This document shows positions 1 to 9,320 of a DNA stretch of 64,000 nucleotides, in pieces. The stretch covers positions 2,208-66,207 of the forward strand of contig JAIEEQ010000011.1 of the NCBI GenBank assembly GCA_029067355.1, in the 5' to 3' direction. This stretch comes from Anaeroplasmataceae bacterium. Its GTDB lineage: Bacteria > Bacillota_I > Bacilli_A > Acholeplasmatales > Anaeroplasmataceae. A model generated the notes under the pieces. The model ran no database searches, had not been told where the DNA came from, and saw only the letters and a list, made by a program, of their open reading frames with translations. A program made the translations under genes and the position numbers. The first letter of the stretch is position 1. The number at the start of each line of letters is the position of its first letter.

Positions 1-1209
1 TCTGAAACAGAGGCTTTTATGTGCGAAATTGGATTGGTTTTAAGTGATCTTTCTTATCAAATTAAACATTTAAAAAAGAATATGAAGAAAAAGCATAAAA
101 AAACACCTTTGGCTCAATTTAAAGGAAACAGTTATATTCATCCATGTCCTTATGGAAATACACTTATTATTTCTCCATGGAATTATCCGATTTTACTTGC
201 TTTAGAGCCTTTAGTAGGAGCAATTTCGGCAGGCAATACTGTGATTTTAAAACCGTCTGAATATTCTATCGCAACCAGTGCGGTAATCAAGGAAATGATT
301 GATGAGGTTTTCCCCGAGGAATATGCTTCAGTTGTTTTAGGGGATACCTCTGTCGCTTCTAAGCTTTTAGAGCTTGAATTTGATTACATCTTTTTTACAG
401 GGGGAACCAGTATAGGGAAAAAGGTTGCTCTCGCTGCTAGTAAACATTTAACTCCTGTAACATTAGAGCTGGGAGGAAAAAGTCCAGTAATTGTTGATTC
501 TTCTGCAAAAATAAGTTTAGCTGCCAAAAGAATTGTTTTTGGTAAGTTTTTGAATGCTGGTCAAACCTGTGTTGCTCCTGATTATATCTTAGTAGAGGAA
601 TCAAAAAAGGAGGAGATTATTTCAGCATTGATTGAATGGATTAGAAAGTTGTATCCAAATAGTTTAGAAAATCTAGATTATGTAAAAATAATTAATGAAC
701 AGCATTTTAACCGAATTAAAGATTATGTATGTACAGCTAGTAAAATTCTTTATGGAGGGAAAGCATCACAAGCAACATTAAAAATAGAGCCAACCCTTGT
801 AGAAGCTGATTTGGATTGCTCTATTATGCAAGAAGAAATATTTGGACCCGTCTTGCCAATTTTAACCTATAAAACAAGAGAAGAGCTTTTGGCGGTTTTG
901 CATAGAAATCCTAATCCTCTTGCCTTATATGTGTTTTCTACAAACAAAAAGAACATTGAGTGGATTACCTCACATATTTCTTTTGGTGGTGGATGCATCA
1001 ATGATACAATTATACATCTGGCTACAAATGAACTACCTTTTGGTGGGATTCGTCAATCGGGTATAGGGAGTTATCATGGAATAAAAAGCTTTGAAACCTT
1101 TACACACTATAAATCTATTTTGAGGAAATCCAATTGGATAGATATGCCAATCCGTTATACTCCTTATATCAAAAAGAAGAGGAAACTTATAAAATTTTTT
1201 ATGAAATAA
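1..1209 (+). CDS. Aldehyde dehydrogenase (ALDH class 3-like), 5' end outside window
   Basis: The frame is open from base 1. Motifs present: PWNYP, ELGGKSP, GQTCVAPDY and EEIFGPVLPI, the last three being the ALDH catalytic Glu/Cys region. Confidence 0.85.
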   Translation, partial: SETEAFMCEIGLVLSDLSYQIKHLKKNMKKKHKKTPLAQFKGNSYIHPCPYGNTLIISPWNYPILLALEPLVGAISAGNTVILKPSEYSIATSAVIKEMIDEVFPEEYASVVLGDTSVASKLLELEFDYIFFTGGTSIGKKVALAASKHLTPVTLELGGKSPVIVDSSAKISLAAKRIVFGKFLNAGQTCVAPDYILVEESKKEEIISALIEWIRKLYPNSLENLDYVKIINEQHFNRIKDYVCTASKILYGGKASQATLKIEPTLVEADLDCSIMQEEIFGPVLPILTYKTREELLAVLHRNPNPLALYVFSTNKKNIEWITSHISFGGGCINDTIIHLATNELPFGGIRQSGIGSYHGIKSFETFTHYKSILRKSNWIDMPIRYTPYIKKKRKLIKFFMK

Positions 1210-1220
1210 GTGCTTATTAT

Positions 1221-1243
1221 AGTCTCATTTGAGACTTTTTTTA
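1221..1243 (+). terminator. Intrinsic terminator after the ALDH gene
   Basis: AGTCTCA-TT-TGAGACT hairpin followed by a T7 run. Confidence 0.6.
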
Positions 1244-1358
1244 TTAAAATCCTATCTTTATTGAAAAAAATTGTAGAATTTATAGGAAAATACTCTAAAA
1301 AATAAACAAAATGTAAAAAAAGTGATATAATGAAACGTGATTAAGGAGTTGTAGAGTT

Positions 1359-2030
1359 ATGAAAAGATATTTTAATCAGTATTTAGGGATTGGAATAGGC
1401 TGTATTGGAGTATTTATTTTATTACTTATTTTATTATTTTTTGCAGACTGTCAAGAAATTCGTGGAAATGTAATTGGACTTGCTAGCTTTAATAAGCTGT
1501 TTTTGGTAAAACGATATGTGGATTCTTGGGATTCTCTTTCAGATGTAATTTTATTGTTTGGGCTTGGCTTTGGAGCAGGGATGGCAGTATATGGGCTAGT
1601 TCAGCTGATTAGTAGAAGAAATTTATTAAAAATGGACAAGGATATTCTTATTATGGGAAGTAGTATTGTGATTTTATTGATTCTTTGGATTTTGTTTGAT
1701 AAAGGACTTAAGATTAATTTTAGACCTCTTCCAAATCAACAAAGCAAAGAAGCTTCCTTTCCGTCTACCCACGTTATGCTTTCAAGCTATCTTTTATTAG
1801 CAAGTTGTAGATTGATATTAAAAAGAAATACACATACTCTTAAACACAGTATCATTGCCTATGGTGCTATGACGATATTAATTGTTCTTTGTGCTTTGGG
1901 AAGAATTTTATCCTGTATGCATTGGATGACTGATGTTCTTGGAGGTCTTTGTATCGGATTAGGAGTATTTATGATAGGGATAGGATTAGATAAAATATTT
2001 ACTACAAAGAAAGAGGAAGGAAAGGAGTAA
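1359..2030 (+). CDS. PAP2-superfamily membrane phosphatase (putative)
   Basis: AAGGAG RBS and multiple TM segments. FPSTH and GRILSCMHWMTDVLGG resemble PAP2 motifs C2/C3 (PSGH, SRxxxxxHxxxD). Confidence 0.55.
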   Translation: MKRYFNQYLGIGIGCIGVFILLLILLFFADCQEIRGNVIGLASFNKLFLVKRYVDSWDSLSDVILLFGLGFGAGMAVYGLVQLISRRNLLKMDKDILIMGSSIVILLILWILFDKGLKINFRPLPNQQSKEASFPSTHVMLSSYLLLASCRLILKRNTHTLKHSIIAYGAMTILIVLCALGRILSCMHWMTDVLGGLCIGLGVFMIGIGLDKIFTTKKEEGKE

Positions 2031-2202
2031 TCCCTTCCTTCTATTTATAAAACAAATTTTTTGAAAGATAAGCACAACATTTTATAAGATTTTTTCTTTG
2101 GTTTTAATCAAATGACATATTTTGTTCTTTTTTAGCAAAGCTTGTTTGCAAAAGAACGGAAGAAATGGTAAAATGGTAGTAGTAAATTGAGGAGGAAAAT
2201 AT

Positions 2203-2742
2203 ATGATTTTATATTTGATTTTAGGCTTGTTTTTAATGCTTGTTGGAATGAGTCTAATTGTCGTTTTTTGCTTTACAAATATAGGGCCCAATATAGCCTA
2301 TGCTGGAGCAGCAGTGCTTGTCTTTGGGTTTTTGCTTCAGGGAGCTCGTGCCTATATTGGGAAACGCCATGTTGTACCTAATCGTTCTGTTATTCGCCGA
2401 ATTATAGATATTGGAGATGAAGAACGCATCGCTTCTTGGGTTCAAAGCATGTTTCTTGGTTATGATTTTAAGCCAGCACGATATGGTAAAGAATCTGTTT
2501 TAAGATTGGGAGGATCCTTCTTCAAGATTCGGAATTATGCTAAATTTACTATTGTGGATCATGAGATTATTTTTGAAGCTTGGTATTCTGCTGGGATTGG
2601 CAGCTGGATAAACACAGAGGTGCCTATGGATGATATGATAGGAAGCTTAACCAATTATCATCTAGAGGCAGCCGTAGAAGATATTGTAGAAAGACTTGAC
2701 CGTATTTTGGCAGAAGCTAAGGTTGTAGAGGATGAATTATAG
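2203..2742 (+). CDS. Hypothetical membrane-anchored protein
   Basis: GAGGAGG RBS, two N-terminal TM helices, soluble C-terminal domain. I recognise no family. Confidence 0.5.
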   Translation: MILYLILGLFLMLVGMSLIVVFCFTNIGPNIAYAGAAVLVFGFLLQGARAYIGKRHVVPNRSVIRRIIDIGDEERIASWVQSMFLGYDFKPARYGKESVLRLGGSFFKIRNYAKFTIVDHEIIFEAWYSAGIGSWINTEVPMDDMIGSLTNYHLEAAVEDIVERLDRILAEAKVVEDEL

Positions 2743-2762
2743 TTTAAAATGAGGTGTTAAAA

Positions 2763-3407
2763 ATGAAAAAGGTAAGGGACTTTATACCAGTGATTCTTTC
2801 TGCCTTGATTAGTATAATTTCTATAATTATTTATTCAGCCCTTACAAAAGAGCGTTCATTTTTGATTTATTTACAAATATTTGTAGGACCCATTGCTTTA
2901 ATGGTTATTCCAATTTTGAATAAGTTTAAAATTGTGAAAATACCTGTGGTGCTGAGCTATTTGCTGTTGATTCATTTCTTTTTAGCTTTAATTTTAGGAA
3001 GCACCTTTGGGTTTTATGATCGTATTTCCTGCTGGGATATGATATTACATGGTTATTTTGGATTTGTTTTTGCTTTTTTAACATTATGTATTTTGTTGAA
3101 TTTTGATGGAGAAAAGCTGAATGGAGTGCTTCTTTTTATTCTTTTGTTCTTTGTTACTATGGGAGCAGCAGGGCTATGGGAAATCTGTGAATTTACTATG
3201 GATAGAATAATGAATGGAGATACTCAGAGAATTGAAGAATCTATTGCACAAGGGCATACTCCAGTGTGGGATACGATGATGGATATGATTATTGCAATTC
3301 CAGGTATTCTAATTTTTTATGTGTGTATAGGTATAGATAAGCTTATGGGATTTCATTTTTCGCGTTATATTTATCAGGATATAAAAAATAAAAATAAAGA
3401 AGATTAG
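2763..3407 (+). CDS. Multi-pass membrane protein, unknown function
   Basis: ATG at 2763 follows a GAGGTG RBS (the track start at 2754 is GTG). About 6 TM helices and a conserved-looking LWEICEFTMD motif. Confidence 0.5.
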   Translation: MKKVRDFIPVILSALISIISIIIYSALTKERSFLIYLQIFVGPIALMVIPILNKFKIVKIPVVLSYLLLIHFFLALILGSTFGFYDRISCWDMILHGYFGFVFAFLTLCILLNFDGEKLNGVLLFILLFFVTMGAAGLWEICEFTMDRIMNGDTQRIEESIAQGHTPVWDTMMDMIIAIPGILIFYVCIGIDKLMGFHFSRYIYQDIKNKNKED

Positions 3408-3430
3408 AAGCACCATTTGGTGCTTTATTT
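3408..3430 (+). terminator. Intrinsic terminator
   Basis: AAGCACCA-TT-TGGTGCTT hairpin plus a T-rich tail, immediately after the stop at 3407. Confidence 0.6.
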
Positions 3431-3473
3431 AATTAATGAATTATGGTAAGATATTATAGAAAGAAGGGATAGA

Positions 3474-4250
3474 ATGGAAGAGTATATTAAAACTAAAAAA
3501 ATGTGCAAAATTACATCTATTATTATGGCTATTCTTTCAGGGGTTGCTTTTATTGCTGGGCTAACGCTTGAGCTTCTTTCTGAAATAGAAAATGAAGTTG
3601 CACAAATTCCTTTTCTTTGTTCTTTCGTTTGTCTGGTTATATCAATCCTTGTATTCATTTTTTGTTATAAATTAAATTCAAAAAGTATTAAAAAAATAGT
3701 AGATCAGGTGAATCAAGAAATTGATGAGAAGTTTACCTATGTTGAAAATGTTCCAATTTCTGATTTGATTAAAGATAGTATGTTTCCTTGTAAGAACCAA
3801 GCTATTGCTTTGGATGGGATTGTTGGAAAATTTGATGATGTCCCCTTTGAATATTATTTAACTCGCTTTTATGATGATGATTTTTTTCCTTCTTCCTTTA
3901 AGAAGACAGCATTTGAGTTCTATGTTTTTAAAGATGTTTCTATTTTTCATAAGCAGTTTTTTGTGACTGATTTAAATATTAAGAATGCATCAGATTATAA
4001 AATTCTTCCCACAGATGGAACCGCAAGGATTTATACCATGAAGGAAGAGGAGTTTCCTTTTCTGCCTTTACCTGAGGGTGTTATCTTTTTGAGTGTGCAA
4101 GCAAGAACTTTATATATAGTAAAAACTTTTTCTCGTAAAAAGCCATTGTTTTTAGAAGCAAAAAGCTTAGAGGAAGTAAAGGAGAATTTTTTGCAGGAAA
4201 TTGAAAAAATCAAAAAAACTTTTGAAGAAGCTGAGTATTGGATATCGTAG
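3474..4250 (+). CDS. Hypothetical membrane protein (two N-terminal TM helices plus a cytoplasmic domain)
   Basis: ORF with a GAAGGGA RBS. No motif recognised. Confidence 0.45.
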   Translation: MEEYIKTKKMCKITSIIMAILSGVAFIAGLTLELLSEIENEVAQIPFLCSFVCLVISILVFIFCYKLNSKSIKKIVDQVNQEIDEKFTYVENVPISDLIKDSMFPCKNQAIALDGIVGKFDDVPFEYYLTRFYDDDFFPSSFKKTAFEFYVFKDVSIFHKQFFVTDLNIKNASDYKILPTDGTARIYTMKEEEFPFLPLPEGVIFLSVQARTLYIVKTFSRKKPLFLEAKSLEEVKENFLQEIEKIKKTFEEAEYWIS

Positions 4251-4264
4251 AAGAGGTGTTAAAG

Positions 4265-4885
4265 ATGAAAGGATTATTTATTACTTTTGAGGGTGGAGAA
4301 TGTAGCGGAAAAACTACAATTATAAAGGAAGTTTGTAAAGTTTTAGAGAAAAAAAAGATTTCTTATATTTCCACAAGAGAGCCTGGCGGAATTGATATTG
4401 CTGAAAAAATCAGAGATATTATTTTAGATGTTAATAATACAGCAATGACTGAGGAAACGGAGGCCTTGCTTTATGCAGCCAGCAGAATGCAACATTTAAA
4501 GGAGCGTGTTCTTCCTGCATTAGAAAAAGGTGATGTGGTCATCTGTGATCGTTTTTTAGATTCTTCACTAGCTTATCAGGGCTATGCTCGTGGACTTGGA
4601 ATGGATGCTATACTTAAAATAAATCATTTTGCACTAGACTTTTTACCTGATTTGACTTTGTTTATTGATGTTGAGCCAGAAGTGGCTTTAAAGCGTCTAA
4701 CAGGAAGAAACAAATCAGACCGACTGGATTTGGAGGACATTTCCTTTCATCAGAGGGTATATGATGGCTATGATGTGGTTTGTAATATGTATCCTAAGCG
4801 GATTAAAAGAATTAATGGAAATCAGGAGTTAGATAAGATTTGTGAGGAGTGTATTTCCTTTATTTTAGATTATATTGGCAGGTGA
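4265..4885 (+). CDS. tmk: Thymidylate kinase
   Basis: FITFEGGECSGKTT P-loop, REPGG, DRFLDSSLAYQG. ATG at 4265 follows a GAGGTG RBS. Confidence 0.9.
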   Translation: MKGLFITFEGGECSGKTTIIKEVCKVLEKKKISYISTREPGGIDIAEKIRDIILDVNNTAMTEETEALLYAASRMQHLKERVLPALEKGDVVICDRFLDSSLAYQGYARGLGMDAILKINHFALDFLPDLTLFIDVEPEVALKRLTGRNKSDRLDLEDISFHQRVYDGYDVVCNMYPKRIKRINGNQELDKICEECISFILDYIGR

Positions 4886-4890
4886 GTATC

Positions 4891-5850
4891 TTGAATATTG
4901 CTACTATGGTTTCAAACCAACAGCACATCTATGATGTATTAAAGCAAAACAAAATCAATAATCGTTTATCTCATGCCTATTTATTTTATGGGGATGAAGG
5001 GGTTGGAAAAAAAGAAATGGCTTATGCCTTGGCCTCTTTATTTTACTGTCAGCATGAGGGATGCTTAGAATGTGAAACCTGTAAGACGATTCTTGATGGA
5101 CAGCATTTGAATGTTTCTTATATTGGAGTTTTGGAATCTAAAAAGCTGATTTCTAAGGAACAGATTACTGATTTACAGGAGGAGTTTTCTAAAACCTCTT
5201 TGTTAGATGGGCCTCGTATTTATATTGTTGATGGTATTGATACGGCTTCTGCTTCTGCACAAAATAGCCTATTAAAGTTTATTGAGGAGCCAGTGAATAA
5301 TACTCCTACAATTGGGATCTTTATTGCTACGGATTTAGCAAATGTGGTTTCAACGATTGTTTCTCGTTGTTCTTTAATTCATTTTCCTTCCATAGAAGTA
5401 ACAAGATTAGCAAAGCAACTTGAACAAGAAGGCTTGACCTCCTTGGATTCTGCATTAACAAGCTTAATTACAAATAATATGGATGAAGCTAAGGAGCTTT
5501 TTACAACAAAATCATATGCTGATACGAAAGCTTTATTTTTAGAGTATTTAGAATTAAAAAACAGAAAGCAGGCCATTTTATTTTATGTGAATGAGCTATC
5601 TAATCTCACAGTGGAAAATATGAGATTATTTTTCAAATGGCTGATTGCATTTTATGAGGATGTCTTTAGAATAGAAGACAAAGAACATTTGATTTTGACA
5701 GCTTTGTATGATAAAATATTACTATATGCAAAAACAGAAAATACAATTCTTCAGAAGAGATTTGAATTTGTTTTGAATCTGTATTCTAAATTGGATTATA
5801 ACGTTTCTGCAAAAAATATATTTCATGAATTAATTTCTAAGCTATTTTAG
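4891..5850 (+). CDS. holB: DNA polymerase III delta' subunit
   Basis: HAYLFYGDEGVGKKE, a CxxC..C zinc module and SRC motif, plus synteny after tmk. The start is TTG at 4891 (AGGTGAG RBS) or ATG at 4906. Confidence 0.85.
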   Translation: MNIATMVSNQQHIYDVLKQNKINNRLSHAYLFYGDEGVGKKEMAYALASLFYCQHEGCLECETCKTILDGQHLNVSYIGVLESKKLISKEQITDLQEEFSKTSLLDGPRIYIVDGIDTASASAQNSLLKFIEEPVNNTPTIGIFIATDLANVVSTIVSRCSLIHFPSIEVTRLAKQLEQEGLTSLDSALTSLITNNMDEAKELFTTKSYADTKALFLEYLELKNRKQAILFYVNELSNLTVENMRLFFKWLIAFYEDVFRIEDKEHLILTALYDKILLYAKTENTILQKRFEFVLNLYSKLDYNVSAKNIFHELISKLF

Positions 5851-5861
5851 GATGTGATATA

Positions 5862-6710
5862 TTGAAAGCAATTCGAGTGAAATTTAAGCCGGTTGGTAAA
5901 CGATACTTTTTTGGTACTGCTAACCATAACCTAAAGGATGGAGATCCTGTAATTGTTAATACTATTCGTGGAATAGAGTTGGGATATTGCTGTGGCGATA
6001 TTTTTGAATTAAATGAACGTGATTTAACCTGTGAGTTAAAGGATATTGTTCGTGTTGCAACAAAGCATGATATTGAAACAAGTGAAAAGAATAAATTAGA
6101 AGAGCCTGCAATTGTAGCAAAAACAAAGGAAATTGCAAAATTTCTAGATTTACAAATTAAGGTTTTAGAAGCAGAATATACGCTGGATAAATCAAAATTG
6201 ATAATATATTTTGAATCTGAAAGCCGTATTGATTTTCGTGAACTTGTAAAAAGACTTGCTGAGCAATATCATACCAGAATTGAACTACGGCAAGTAGGCT
6301 CAAGAGATGGAGCTAAAGTTTTTGGTGGTATTGGTCCTTGCGGTCTTATTGTATGTTGTAGAACATTTATTACAGAATTTGACAATGTTTCTGTCAAGAT
6401 GGCAAAAAATCAGAATCTTTCTTTAAATCCTATAAAGATTAGTGGGAATTGTGGAAAACTTCTTTGCTGTATCAATTATGAAAATGAATTATACAAGGAG
6501 CTTAAACGATTTGCGCCTGATATTGGCGATGTTGTGAAAACTGAGGAAGGACCTGCAAAGGTGTTATCCTGTGATGTTTTGAATAGAACCTGTAAGGTTA
6601 GATATCTAGAGGAAGAGAATAAATTTGGCTATTTAAAGCTAGATGATGTGGAATTTGTTCGTTCTATGGATAAGCGCAAGGAGGAAGATGATGCCAATAG
6701 TGAGGAATGA
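5862..6710 (+). CDS. ricT: PSP1-domain protein YaaT/RicT
   Basis: PSP1-type Cys cluster (GPCGLIVCCRTF, GNCGKLLCCINYE) and conserved position after holB. TTG start. Confidence 0.8.
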   Translation: MKAIRVKFKPVGKRYFFGTANHNLKDGDPVIVNTIRGIELGYCCGDIFELNERDLTCELKDIVRVATKHDIETSEKNKLEEPAIVAKTKEIAKFLDLQIKVLEAEYTLDKSKLIIYFESESRIDFRELVKRLAEQYHTRIELRQVGSRDGAKVFGGIGPCGLIVCCRTFITEFDNVSVKMAKNQNLSLNPIKISGNCGKLLCCINYENELYKELKRFAPDIGDVVKTEEGPAKVLSCDVLNRTCKVRYLEEENKFGYLKLDDVEFVRSMDKRKEEDDANSEE

Positions 6711-7425
6711 TCTACTTGGCAGACCAGCTCTTGATATCTATCAGGATACAGAGGGCTTTAACTTTTCAATTGATACAATGCTTCTTGCAGATTTTGTTAC
6801 AATTCCAACTCGGACAAAACAAATTTGTGATTTGTGTAGTGGAAATGCCCCAATCCCCCTATACTTGTCATTACGGACAGAAGCAAGCATTGTTGGGGTA
6901 GAGATTCAAAAGAATTCTTATGATTTGGCGATGCGCTCCATTCAGCAAAATCATTTGGAGTCTCAGATTACAATGGTGTTAGACGATTTGAAGAATATCT
7001 CTGAAAAAATTGGGAAAGGCTGTTATGAAGTCGTTACTTGTAACCCTCCTTTTTTCAAGATAGGAGATTATCAGATTAATCCAAATGATAAGAAGGCGGT
7101 TGCTCGTCATGAGATTTTTGCTACACTAGAAGACATTATCAAGGAGGCAGCAAATCTTTTGAATACAAAGGGGCGATTCGCAATGGTGCATAGACCAGAT
7201 CGTTTATTGGAAATTATTGAGTTGTTCAGAAAGTATCATATTGAGCCTAAGCGTTTACGATTTGTATATCCTAAGCTTGGGAGTCCTTGTAATCATATTT
7301 TAATTGAAGGTATCAAGGATGGATCTTCTGGAGGGCTTGTAGTTTTATCTCCATTGATTGTTTATAATGATGAAAATCAATGGACAAAAGAGGTATTAAG
7401 GATATATAATTATGAAAAGGAGTGA
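6688..7425 (+). CDS. SAM-dependent methyltransferase, YabB / tRNA(m6A37) TrmN6-like
   Basis: NPPF catalytic motif, a Rossmann-type DLCSGNA motif, and the same synteny as B. subtilis yabB. AAGGAGGAA RBS before the ATG at 6688/6691. Confidence 0.75.
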   Translation: MMPIVRNDLLGRPALDIYQDTEGFNFSIDTMLLADFVTIPTRTKQICDLCSGNAPIPLYLSLRTEASIVGVEIQKNSYDLAMRSIQQNHLESQITMVLDDLKNISEKIGKGCYEVVTCNPPFFKIGDYQINPNDKKAVARHEIFATLEDIIKEAANLLNTKGRFAMVHRPDRLLEIIELFRKYHIEPKRLRFVYPKLGSPCNHILIEGIKDGSSGGLVVLSPLIVYNDENQWTKEVLRIYNYEKE

Positions 7426-7430
7426 TGATT

Positions 7431-7838
7431 ATGTTCTTAAGTTTATTAAATAAGAAGGAGATGCTCAAGTTTTTGGATTTGGCAATCTATATGGTTGACA
7501 TTGATGGAGAGCCAACACAATACGAGAAACGTATTCTGAACAAAATGATTGCTGAGCTTGATGAAATCAAGGATGAATATTCATTCCGTTTAACAGATTC
7601 AGTGGAGAATACGATTGATTTTTTTGCTCATACAAATAAGGTTGTGAAGAATGTTGTTTATTTAAATCTAGTTATAATTTCTATGGAGGATGATTTATAT
7701 AACACCTCTGAGCTATTATTTTTAGAGAAAATTCAAAAGAAGCTTGATATTTCTGCTGAAAAAAGACGTGAATTAATTTCTGTTGTTTATGCAGAACGCG
7801 ACCTAAGAGAAAAGGCAAATCGTATCATTAAGAACTAA
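7431..7838 (+). CDS. Small helical protein, TerB-like (tentative)
   Basis: AAGGAG RBS 8 nt before the ATG at 7431. The MVDIDGEPTQYEKRILNKM pattern is reminiscent of the TerB/DjlA N-terminal fold. Confidence 0.35.
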   Translation: MFLSLLNKKEMLKFLDLAIYMVDIDGEPTQYEKRILNKMIAELDEIKDEYSFRLTDSVENTIDFFAHTNKVVKNVVYLNLVIISMEDDLYNTSELLFLEKIQKKLDISAEKRRELISVVYAERDLREKANRIIKN

Positions 7839-8680
7839 TGAGAGTACGTAGCTTTGATGCCGATAAGGCAATCCTTTATTTGGTAGCTACACCAATTGGA
7901 AATCTTCAGGATATTACTTATCGGGCCATACAGATTTTAAGTTCAGTTGATAAAATTTATGCAGAGGATACAAGAACCTCAGGGGTTTTGTTGACGCATT
8001 ATCAGATTAAGACAAAGCTAGAAAGCTACCATGAATTTAATCAGGACTTAAAATCAGAGCAAATATTAAATGAATTAAAAACTGGGATGAAACTAGCCCT
8101 TATTTCAGATGCAGGGTTACCTGTTATTTCAGACCCTGGGTATAAGATTGTTTCCTTAGCTATACAAAATAATATTTCAGTTTCTACAATTCCAGGAGCT
8201 TCTGCGGGAATTAGTGCATTAATTGCTTCAGGGCTTGTTCCTATGCCTTATACCTTTTATGGCTTTTTAGATGCAAAGCACACCAAAAGAAAAAAGGAAC
8301 TGGAGGAGCTAAAGTATATCCCTCATACCTTGATATTCTATGAAGCGCCTCATCGAATTGAGGAAACCTTAAGAGATTTGCTAGAGGTTTTTGGGAATCG
8401 AAAGGCTGTTTTGGCTAGAGAATTAACAAAAACCTTTGAGGAATATATTAGAGGAACAATTGAGGAATGTTTACAGACACTTCCCTTAAAGGGGGAACTT
8501 GTTGTTTTGATTGAAGGCTATAAGGAAATGGATTGTATTACAAACCCCTATGAAAAGATTGAGGAACTCATTATGCTAGGCTATAAGCCTAATGAAGCAA
8601 TAAAAGAGGTTGCAAGATTAACTCAAGGGAACAGAAGTGAACTATATAAAGGATATTTGGAATTTAAAAATAAACAATAA
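7838..8680 (+). CDS. rsmI: 16S rRNA (cytidine1402-2'-O)-methyltransferase
   Basis: LYLVATPIGNLQDITYRA...EDTR and tetrapyrrole-methylase-fold motifs. Start overlaps the upstream stop (TAATG). Confidence 0.9.
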   Translation: MRVRSFDADKAILYLVATPIGNLQDITYRAIQILSSVDKIYAEDTRTSGVLLTHYQIKTKLESYHEFNQDLKSEQILNELKTGMKLALISDAGLPVISDPGYKIVSLAIQNNISVSTIPGASAGISALIASGLVPMPYTFYGFLDAKHTKRKKELEELKYIPHTLIFYEAPHRIEETLRDLLEVFGNRKAVLARELTKTFEEYIRGTIEECLQTLPLKGELVVLIEGYKEMDCITNPYEKIEELIMLGYKPNEAIKEVARLTQGNRSELYKGYLEFKNKQ

Positions 8681-8694
8681 AGGGGGATTTTCCT

Positions 8695-9246
8695 TTGAGC
8701 TATAATGATGACTATCCATTGTTAAAGGATAAATTTAATGTTTTTCGTGTTGCAACCTATGACAAGATTATGTCCATGTTTTCTAAATTTAAATCAGGTA
8801 TTATTTATATTGGAGGGGCTTGGTGTCAAAATTGTCAGGCTGTAATTTCGTTAATTAATAAAACCGCGAAAAAAAATAAAATTAGAACAATTCTTCATTA
8901 TGATCCACATTTTGTTGATGTTTTTAAGGACGTTGTTGATTTGCGGGATTGTGGAGATTTAGAAACAAAATTAAATTATTACTATTTAATAGAAAAGCTA
9001 GAATATAAAAGTGATACCTATGTACAGGACACACTGATTCCTCGTATCAATATTCCAGCAGTTATTGGCATCAAAAATGGAATTTGCGTTGGAATTATTG
9101 ATGAGGAATATATTTTAGATGATTTAGGACTTCATAAAGAGGGCGATTCAGTGGATTGTACAGAGGATTATACTAATCAGTTAACTGAATTATTTCAAAA
9201 GGTGAAGGACAAGAAGCATATTGGCTTTCATAGAAGAAAAAAATGA
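8695..9246 (+). CDS. Thioredoxin-fold protein with a WCQNC motif (putative)
   Basis: TTG start after an AAGGGGGA RBS. GGAWCQNCQA is a CxxC motif in a thioredoxin-like context. Confidence 0.4.
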   Translation: MSYNDDYPLLKDKFNVFRVATYDKIMSMFSKFKSGIIYIGGAWCQNCQAVISLINKTAKKNKIRTILHYDPHFVDVFKDVVDLRDCGDLETKLNYYYLIEKLEYKSDTYVQDTLIPRINIPAVIGIKNGICVGIIDEEYILDDLGLHKEGDSVDCTEDYTNQLTELFQKVKDKKHIGFHRRKK

Positions 9247-9255
9247 AATTGGAAT

Positions 9256-9283
9256 GCACTTATTGTTTTTATACGATAAGTGC
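9256..9283 (+). terminator. Possible terminator hairpin
   Basis: GCACTTAT / ATAAGTGC 8-bp stem with a 12-nt loop and a weak T tail. Confidence 0.35.
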
Positions 9284-9320
9284 TTTGCCTATTATTTAAG
9301 GAATAAAAGGGGTAAAATTT

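Noticed and set aside
4238-4906. Longer upstream starts given in the ORF track for tmk (4238) and holB (4849). The same issue applies to 2754, 6643, 7422, 12383, 14618, 17378, 23004, 29075, 33376, 42691, 46263, 50619 and 58662.
   Set aside because: The internal starts have proper Shine-Dalgarno spacing and give canonical N-termini or signal peptides. The longer versions would overlap upstream genes extensively.
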